NCBI GenBank assembly: GCA_965207885.1
Contig: OZ242311.1
Location: 352,001-416,000 of the forward strand
Direction: 5' to 3'
Length of the DNA: 64,000 bases
DNA from: Candidatus Latescibacterota bacterium
Lineage (GTDB): Bacteria > Latescibacterota > UBA2968
Shown here in pieces: positions 1 through 6,122 of this stretch (position 1 is the stretch's first letter; each line of letters begins with the position of its first letter). The notes under the pieces are model-generated. The model saw only the letters and a list, made by a program, of their open reading frames with translations, made no database searches and had not been told where the DNA came from. A program made the position numbers and the translations under genes.

Positions 1-802
1 GAATCACCTGTTCGTAATCGACATAGGGACCTTCAATCAGTCGAGAGAAGATCTGGATGGCGTCTTCGTCGCCCAATGAAAAAAGTACATGGCTTTGCCC
101 GAGTTGTACTTTTTGAAGATCTGACCCTCCCCCCATGAGTTTTACCACCTGATTCAAAGCATGAGGGGGGACAATGGCCTCTCTGTTGTTATCGGGTAAC
201 CCATCCTGAATCCGCGAATATTTGACCAGACGGTGACCATCTGTTGCCACCATGGTCATGCGTCCATTGCCAACCTGCCAGAGCACCCCTGTGAGTACCG
301 GGCGGGTTTCATCGCGAGATACAGCAAAGATCGTCTTAGAAATCATTTCGCTGAGGACATTGCTATCAGCCGAAGAATCCTGAGCATCCTCATCTTCATC
401 GGATAAAAACGCGATCTCGGGACCATCGATCTCCGTAGGCAAGTCGGGAAAATCGTCAGATGGCACCGACATCAAGGCATAAGTTCCTTCGGCACCACTT
501 TGGCGCTGGAGCGTTACACGACCTTCTTCTGCGGTGAGGGATAGGGATTCTTCGGGCAACTCGCGCACAATTTCTGAGAATTTGCGCGCTGGCACCGTTG
601 TTGCCCCGGGGGCTTCGATGGTGGCCGAAAGTTTGCAGGTTATTGATATATCGAGATCTGTGGCACTCAAACACACATCGCTACCATTGTTTGCATCTAT
701 CAGGATATTGGACAATACTGGCAATGCGGTTTTGGAGGGCACGATATCGATCACAGCCTGGATACCTTTGAGGAGTTCATCTTTTTCTATTGATACTTTC
801 AT
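1..802 (-). CDS. dnaN: DNA polymerase III beta sliding clamp (3' end outside window)
   Basis: Manual translation from ATG at 802: MKVSIEKDELLKGIQAVIDIVPSKTALPVLSNILI...SATDLDISI...TTVPARKFSEIVRELP...DDFPDLP; the later SRDETRPVLTGV and VATDGHRL motifs are typical of DnaN. Not in the ORF track because it runs off the window edge. Confidence 0.95.
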   Translation of the reverse strand, partial: MKVSIEKDELLKGIQAVIDIVPSKTALPVLSNILIDANNGSDVCLSATDLDISITCKLSATIEAPGATTVPARKFSEIVRELPEESLSLTAEEGRVTLQRQSGAEGTYALMSVPSDDFPDLPTEIDGPEIAFLSDEDEDAQDSSADSNVLSEMISKTIFAVSRDETRPVLTGVLWQVGNGRMTMVATDGHRLVKYSRIQDGLPDNNREAIVPPHALNQVVKLMGGGSDLQKVQLGQSHVLFSLGDEDAIQIFSRLIEGPYVDYEQVI

Positions 803-1054
803 GAATGCGTCTCTCCCAAGCGCGTGAAGCCCTTTGTAAATGATTTTTTGAGGTGTTGTATAGCGCGTTTTTTTGAGGTCAAAAGTGGATGATTTTTTGT
901 TCAATTACAGACATCATAATTTACTGAATTTTAACGATTTTGTCAACCTTGCTTTTTGTCCGAAAACCCTCTGTGTCCCAAAGAGTTGTCAGGAAAAAAA
1001 AGAACAACTTAAATGGTTAAAAATTCACGTCTTGCCGTATCCTTTGTAATAACC

Positions 1055-1083
1055 TTGACATGTGCATCATTTGTGCATATATT
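1055..1083 (+). promoter_or_regulatory. sigma70 promoter of brnTA with a TGTGCAT direct repeat (possible antitoxin operator)
   Basis: TTGACA(1055-1060)-17 nt-TATATT(1078-1083); TGTGCAT occurs twice across the spacer; ATG at 1090 lies about 7 nt after the -10. Confidence 0.7.
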
Positions 1084-1089
1084 TGTTTT

Positions 1090-1371
1090 ATGAATTATCA
1101 ATGGGATCCAGAAAAAGCAGAATCAAATTTCCATACACATGGTGTTGATTTCGCTGACTCAATAGGCGTATTTGAGGATATCTGGGCATTGACCTTGAGA
1201 GAAGAGATTGTATCGGGTGAGCAACGATTTGCCACTCTTGGGACCGATTTCTTTGGACGAATTTTGGTTGTCGTTTATACATATCGAGACGAAGACATCC
1301 GTTTAATTTCCGCTCGTCCCGCAACGCGTCGGGAAAGGAGAATATATGAGCAAAAAAGAATATCATTTTGA
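1090..1371 (+). CDS. brnT: BrnT-family toxin (DUF497)
   Basis: YQWDPEKAESNFHTHGVDF...EQRFATLG...ILVVVYTYRDEDIRLISARPATRRERRIY; likely start is ATG 1090. Confidence 0.9.
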   Translation: MNYQWDPEKAESNFHTHGVDFADSIGVFEDIWALTLREEIVSGEQRFATLGTDFFGRILVVVYTYRDEDIRLISARPATRRERRIYEQKRISF

Positions 1372-1606
1372 GACCGCCCAACAAGGCCCTGTCGTTCAGC
1401 CACCACCCGGCAAAACGCGCATCACCATTCGCCTTGACACAGACATTCTGAATTGGTTTAAGAAACAGGTTCACGAAGCAGGGGGCGGAAATTATCAGAC
1501 GCTTGTGAATCAGGCCCTCAGGGAACACATCCAGGCTAACAATGGCGCATTGGAACAAACACTGCGCAAAGTCATTCGCGAAGAACTCGGTTCATACTCA
1601 GTATAG
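1346..1606 (+). CDS. brnA: BrnA-family antitoxin
   Basis: KTRITIRLDTDILNWFK...GNYQTLVNQALREHI; overlaps the end of brnT. Confidence 0.9.
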   Translation: MSKKEYHFETAQQGPVVQPPPGKTRITIRLDTDILNWFKKQVHEAGGGNYQTLVNQALREHIQANNGALEQTLRKVIREELGSYSV

Positions 1607-1614
1607 CAAAAAGA

Positions 1615-1649
1615 AAAGACGCCATTGCGACTCAGGTATCGGCGTCTTT
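1615..1649. terminator. Hairpin between convergent genes (probable terminator)
   Basis: AAAGACGCC(1615-1623)/GGCGTCTTT(1641-1649) inverted repeat with A- and T-rich flanks. Confidence 0.55.
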
Positions 1650-1675
1650 GTTCATAAATGACAGTGTCGATTCTC

Positions 1676-2692
1676 TCACATCTCCAGGTACGTTCTCAAC
1701 TCATTGGCCAAATTTTCTGCTTCATCCAGAGAAAGGTATGGCACTTTAATGGTTCGAGCGAAGAAAAAGCTCTTTCCAGTAATTTCAGATACTTTTCGAA
1801 AGGGCATGGCAGGTATCTCTTGACCCCTTTCGGGAACTGGAGTAATAAATTCCACAGCCCGATACTTGGCATTTTCATCATCCAGTGACACTATATTACC
1901 TGTTACTCGGCCAGCAGCAACAAGGCCAGTCCATCTGTGTGAAAAGAACACAATGTCACCCGGATAAATATATTCAATAAACCGCTTTGTATTTCCCCAT
2001 GCAGCTACTCGGTTATTTTCTATCATATACCAAATATAGTCTTCATCATAAGTTCTATTAGTATCGAACAACACCCCTTTGGTATCACTTGGGTTCCTGT
2101 GCTTATCATAAGGTAATGCAAAGAACTCAAAATATTGTTCGCCGTTCAGGTCATAGATTCTATACGGCAGAAAGTCGATTGAAATTCCCTGGTTTTTCCA
2201 ATAATCAACAGCATTTATGAGGCTATCGTCTGCGGCACTGCCGATTATTATTAGTCGTTGTTTGTTATTTATTTCTTTTTCGTCCAGTTTATGCTCAAGC
2301 TCAAAAGCCTCTTTGTGCGCCTTGCGTAAATCGGTATCTTCTTTTGTATATTGTCGGTATTTATTTTGCAAGGTTTTGTAACTCCATTGTCCGGCCTCTT
2401 GTGCATAACGTAGAGCCTGATGTACAGCATCTTCCCCAGCAGTTTCTCTTTTTAGTTCAAATATAATCAGTCTGCCTTTTTCATCTAATGCATAGATATC
2501 CGCTTCAGCTTGATATTGCCGCTCTTGAAATATTGGCATTAAACTGGCATCCTCAAATAGAACATCAAGAATGTTCCTCGCTATCAAATCCTCCAGGTCT
2601 TTTTCACGATTTCCAAAGCTAGAAAAATTCTTGAATGCTACGGGTTCGAGTGTATTGAACTTCCCGTCAGTTGAGCCAAGTTTGTACAGCAT
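1676..2692 (-). CDS. NucS-like PD-(D/E)XK endonuclease with putative C-terminal EVE/PUA-like domain
   Basis: EKDLEDLI...ADIYALDEKGRLIIFELKR...QALRYA catalytic signature; C-terminal AAWG...IYPGDIVFFSHRWTGLVAAGRV resembles EVE/PUA folds; AT-rich. Confidence 0.7.
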   Translation of the reverse strand: MLYKLGSTDGKFNTLEPVAFKNFSSFGNREKDLEDLIARNILDVLFEDASLMPIFQERQYQAEADIYALDEKGRLIIFELKRETAGEDAVHQALRYAQEAGQWSYKTLQNKYRQYTKEDTDLRKAHKEAFELEHKLDEKEINNKQRLIIIGSAADDSLINAVDYWKNQGISIDFLPYRIYDLNGEQYFEFFALPYDKHRNPSDTKGVLFDTNRTYDEDYIWYMIENNRVAAWGNTKRFIEYIYPGDIVFFSHRWTGLVAAGRVTGNIVSLDDENAKYRAVEFITPVPERGQEIPAMPFRKVSEITGKSFFFARTIKVPYLSLDEAENLANELRTYLEM

Positions 2693-2868
2693 AACATCTT
2701 CTCCTTTCGTCTATAATAGTCAAGATTGAGCTCGGTCCTTTCGGAGACCGAAACCATAGCATTTAACTGGCAGGAAGTTGTATAGATGATTCGGGATTAA
2801 CGGGTTATTGACGTGGAGCAGAAGGGTCTATTCCCCCAAATTTTTGAGTGAATTTACCTGTAATTCAG

Positions 2869-3012
2869 GCTTGTTACCTTAGTCCTTTTCGCTGTTGAGG
2901 CATGTAGAAAATGTGTTGTTTCGCCAGCAAGTATTTACTATAACAGCGAAAATTGGTGAGGAGATATTACCAGTATCCCCTCACTGAGGTTTTCATCTGA
3001 AAGGAAACAAGC
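2869..3012 (+). promoter_or_regulatory. Structured 5' leader of the transposase that pairs over the Shine-Dalgarno sequence
   Basis: 2869-2880 pairs with 3001-3012 (11/12, covers AAGGA); nested helices 2886-2896/2942-2952 (11/11) and 2953-2966/2974-2987. Confidence 0.55.
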
Positions 3013-3013
3013 T

Positions 3014-3925
3014 ATGAGTATTATTAAAGTGGTGGAAAAGTTCAAAAGTCAAGAGGATTGTATAGAGTTCCTTGAGTATTTGAGGTTCAACGACAATCCG
3101 TATTGTCCTCTGTGCAGTAGTCACAATGTAAGCAGGAAGAATCCGCAGGACAAAACAGAACGCTGGAGATGTCGAAGCTGTCGAAGTTCATTTAATGTCC
3201 TATCTGGAACAATATTCAGTGGAACGAGGACGCCTTTGAGAATCTGGTTTCTCGCAATCGTCTTGATGACTCACTCAAAGAAAGGAATATCGAGCTATAC
3301 GCTGGCAGAACTGCTTGATATATCACAAGATAACGCTTGGAGAATACAGGACAAGATAAGGCAAGAGATGTATGCTGAAGTCAACGAAACGCTTGTGCAA
3401 GCAATTACTGGAATATCTGAAATGGACGAGTCGTATGTGAGCATTAAAACAGAGTATCCACATAGTTCTTGGACAGACAAAATGGCAATTCTCGGAATTG
3501 TTTCAAGAAACGGCAAATTATCCGCTCGTAGGGTATATAGCACTGACACAGAAACGATGCAATGGTTTGCCTCCCAATACCTCGACCTGAACAACTCGAC
3601 GCTTTATACTGACCAATATCGCGGATACAACAAAATGAAAGAAATTGTAGAACAGGCGTATGTAAAAAGAAGGTACGGGAAATTTATTGACGATATACAT
3701 ACAAATAATATTGAGAGTCTTTGGGCAGTTGTCAAACGTACGTTCAAAGGAACGTATCATCATTGCAGCGAGGAACGTATAAATTGGTATCTCGCTGAAA
3801 CCTCGTTTAGATATAATTGGAAGCATTTGGATAAAGAGTCAGTATTTAGATATTTTCTCAAATTCTGTCTGTTCAAGCATCGTGATATAGCATATCACGT
3901 TATGAATGATAGCTGGTTGCTATGA
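3014..3925 (+). CDS. IS1595-family DDE transposase
   Basis: N-terminal zinc ribbon CPLC...CRSC, HTH (GISSYTLAELLDISQDNAW), catalytic EMDESY / LYTDQY / HTNNIESLW, and YLAETSFRYN. Confidence 0.93.
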   Translation: MSIIKVVEKFKSQEDCIEFLEYLRFNDNPYCPLCSSHNVSRKNPQDKTERWRCRSCRSSFNVLSGTIFSGTRTPLRIWFLAIVLMTHSKKGISSYTLAELLDISQDNAWRIQDKIRQEMYAEVNETLVQAITGISEMDESYVSIKTEYPHSSWTDKMAILGIVSRNGKLSARRVYSTDTETMQWFASQYLDLNNSTLYTDQYRGYNKMKEIVEQAYVKRRYGKFIDDIHTNNIESLWAVVKRTFKGTYHHCSEERINWYLAETSFRYNWKHLDKESVFRYFLKFCLFKHRDIAYHVMNDSWLL

Positions 3926-3967
3926 TCATTAGAAGGAAGCCCGTTTATTGTAGAAGTCCATTTTAGT

Positions 3968-3995
3968 TTGACAGATTCGGATAGGTAGTTATCTT
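3968..3995 (+). promoter_or_regulatory. Internal sigma70 promoter 1 of the IS
   Basis: TTGACA(3968-3973)-16 nt-TATCTT(3990-3995); predicted start about 4001-4003. Confidence 0.55.
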
Positions 3996-4001
3996 TCTAA
4001 A

Positions 4002-4195
4002 CGTCACAATCACGGCGGACCCGCTATGTCGGGTATCTGCTAAATACAACAACTCATTAAGCGATTTGGGGTAGCTCCCTGAATCCGAGTGAATAGGTAG
4101 AACTATCCCGCATTTTAAATCCGCGTGACTGTGACAATACCCGACACTTTTCGGTGTCGAGGCAGAAATCACGAACGGAGGACAGAATGCGGTAT
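4002..4195 (+). ncRNA. Candidate structured ncRNA or leader RNA inside the IS1595 element
   Basis: Helices 4003-4019/4120-4135, 4027-4036/4137-4146 (10/10), 4142-4147/4154-4159 and 4108-4115/4185-4192; begins at the predicted TSS; no plus-strand ORF in the track. Confidence 0.5.
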
Positions 4196-4219
4196 TTTTA
4201 TTCACAATAAGGATTCAGA

Positions 4220-4588
4220 ATGAGCGAGAATCAACAATCGAAAGAAGATTCGGAAACTATCTTCTGCTGGCAAAATCTGAAATTGTCACCTAAGATATTC
4301 TGGATTGCTATGATCGTGGCGATAGGAGGTGTTTGGATCAGATTTGATAACACACTATATGCTTTTACTTTAGGTCCGTTGGTAGCTGTTGGAGGATGGA
4401 TTTTATACCTCTGGTATTTCCTGCCGATGATCCTATCGCACAGGAGAAACCATCCCAAGAAGTACCAACGAGTAGTGACAATTATTAACTTCTTTCTTGG
4501 TTGGACTACAGTAGGATGGATTGTAGCACTATTTCTCGCCTTCGCACCTAAAATAAAGGAAGATAAAAATGAGGAAATGGGAATATGA
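4220..4588 (+). CDS. Superinfection immunity protein (T4 Imm-like membrane protein)
   Basis: YFLPMILSHRRNHPK...IINFFLGWTTVGWIVALFLAF matches the Imm signature (YFLP...N.FLGWT..GW..AL); extra N-terminal TM segments. Confidence 0.8.
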   Translation: MSENQQSKEDSETIFCWQNLKLSPKIFWIAMIVAIGGVWIRFDNTLYAFTLGPLVAVGGWILYLWYFLPMILSHRRNHPKKYQRVVTIINFFLGWTTVGWIVALFLAFAPKIKEDKNEEMGI

Positions 4589-4754
4589 AGTTATAGACTG
4601 TCTTTTAACGGATTTGAAGAAGCAGATGAACTTGAAAAAGCACCTAAAAGAAACCAAGAAAGATAGATTCAAAGTAAAACCGATGGGGTTGGCTACCTAC
4701 GAGGAAGACGGTCAAACAAAATGTGTTCTGGCGTACGGTTGGAAGAGAAGATAG
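4569..4754 (+). CDS. Small protein, possibly DUF4177-like
   Basis: MRKWEYEVI...WKRR resembles DUF4177 termini; overlaps the imm stop region. Confidence 0.45.
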   Translation: MRKWEYEVIDCLLTDLKKQMNLKKHLKETKKDRFKVKPMGLATYEEDGQTKCVLAYGWKRR

Positions 4755-4758
4755 ATAC

Positions 4759-4786
4759 TTGACAAAGTTTCAGAGTGTGATATTTT
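4759..4786 (+). promoter_or_regulatory. Internal sigma70 promoter 2 of the IS
   Basis: TTGACA(4759-4764)-16 nt-TATTTT(4781-4786) with an extended -10 TG. Confidence 0.5.
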
Positions 4787-4866
4787 GGAGAAGGTGGGCA
4801 GGGCAACCCAACCAAGAACCGCTCTGCCCGTAGCCGATCATAACCCTGCCCTATAAAGGAACCAAT

Positions 4867-5019
4867 ATGACCGACCAGAAATCAGTTGAAAGAGACCAGA
4901 GAATTGCAGAATTGAGACGTGAATTGCAAGACTTAACAAACGAGAAGAACCGTGTAGAAACCGCACCTATCTTGGCGAGATTTAGAGAAATGCAGAAGAT
5001 ATTACCTTGGATGAAGTAG
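4867..5019 (+). CDS. 50-aa coiled-coil small protein
   Basis: AAAGGA RBS, then MTDQKSVERDQRIAELRRELQDLTNEKNRVETAPILARFREMQKILPWMK*; below the ORF-track cutoff; followed by a terminator. Confidence 0.6.
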   Translation: MTDQKSVERDQRIAELRRELQDLTNEKNRVETAPILARFREMQKILPWMK

Positions 5020-5042
5020 GTATCGGAAACAAACGCAATTTT

Positions 5043-5078
5043 AATCCGCCTTAAAGAAATTGAGGCGGATTTTTATTT
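5043..5078 (+). terminator. Intrinsic terminator near the IS right end
   Basis: AATCCGCCT/AGGCGGATT stem followed by a T-rich tract. Confidence 0.7.
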
Positions 5079-5251
5079 ACCCTACTGTTTTTACTGAAGA
5101 TGACTAATTGCGCCAACTACCCGTTGTTCCCGATGATTCCTTTCGCTCCTCCCTGCCGTGACTGTGATTCTGAGGTATGCGCCATTAGGATATAGCATTA
5201 AGAGAGCAGTTGTGAAAAAAATGGTCTAACTTGGGTCGGGTGGGGCGCACT

Positions 5252-5875
5252 TCAGGCTATAGACTTTAGCGAACTTTTAATGTCTTTTTTTAAGTCACTG
5301 GCTCGGGCACCGGATTGAATAAAATTTTTAACATGGCTACGCCAAAATTTAGATCCAAATTTGCAATTGTACTTTAGTATTAGATGCTCTGTAAGATCAA
5401 TAACAGACCTAAAGACAGTCATGTTTAGCGTTATGTCAAATCCCTGTTGGTCTGCTTTTATCAGTACAGTCAAAATAGCCTCCAATCGTCTGGTGGCAGC
5501 ATTATTGTCGGACTTGATACCAAGATCATGGAAACGGATTCGTTCCTCCATATTAGTCGCCCATCTTTCATAGTGTTCTGTTAGTGAGCTAACAGCATCT
5601 CCTCGGTTACAGAATTCATCCCAGCGTTGGATAGCGAGACTAAATGTTTTCTCGTAGTTATCAAGCCAGTTATACCTTTTTGTTTCATACAGAGTGTAGG
5701 CGACGAAAATAAGAGCTGGAATGGTTAACAGGCCTCCAACATACGAGCCAAAGCTTCCCCAATCGAATTTATGTGACCCTGGAAATCCTACATGACAGAA
5801 GTAGCAGCCTAACACGGCGCAAACGTAGATGACTACAATCACAAAATAGATGCGCCACTTGGTTCTGTATTTCAT
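5252..5875 (-). CDS. Membrane-anchored hypothetical protein (WGxFGxxxGG type)
   Basis: Two N-terminal TM segments with DWGSFGSYVGGLL, then a soluble helical domain; GGGAG RBS. Confidence 0.6.
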   Translation of the reverse strand: MKYRTKWRIYFVIVVIYVCAVLGCYFCHVGFPGSHKFDWGSFGSYVGGLLTIPALIFVAYTLYETKRYNWLDNYEKTFSLAIQRWDEFCNRGDAVSSLTEHYERWATNMEERIRFHDLGIKSDNNAATRRLEAILTVLIKADQQGFDITLNMTVFRSVIDLTEHLILKYNCKFGSKFWRSHVKNFIQSGARASDLKKDIKSSLKSIA

Positions 5876-6122
5876 ATATGGTTTCTCCCCTCACAACTCG
5901 GACGCGGTTTCCAGCCAGCCCAAATATGAGAGATTTTTGAAGTAACACCTCTACGGGGATGCCTCTGTTATCCAAAATAGCGTGTTGTGGTCTGTTTGTC
6001 CAGTCCTGTAAAGAGATCCATGACCCTCTCAAGAAGAAGGTCCCTTATCCCACACAAAAACGCTCTTATTCCGAGGAATAAAAACGAAGGTAGGCGTAAG
6101 GCAAGCGAGGGTTTCGGGCAAC

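Larger units (their letters stand above)
2793..5131 (+). mobile_element. IS1595-family element with passenger genes (transporter IS), 2339 bp
   Basis: Exact 8-bp direct repeat GATGATTC at 2785-2792 and 5132-5139; TIRs GGGATTAACGGGTTATTGACG (2793-2813) versus revcomp of 5111-5131 GGGAACAACGGGTAGTTGGCG (16/21 identical); encodes an IS1595 transposase. Confidence 0.9.

Noticed and set aside
803-1050. oriC upstream of dnaN
   Set aside because: AT-rich, but I found no cluster of good TTATCCACA-type DnaA boxes, only 2-mismatch candidates.
3963-4205. 80-aa minus-strand ORF inside the IS
   Set aside because: No recognisable motif or RBS; it lies antisense to the promoter and structured segment, which explain the region better.
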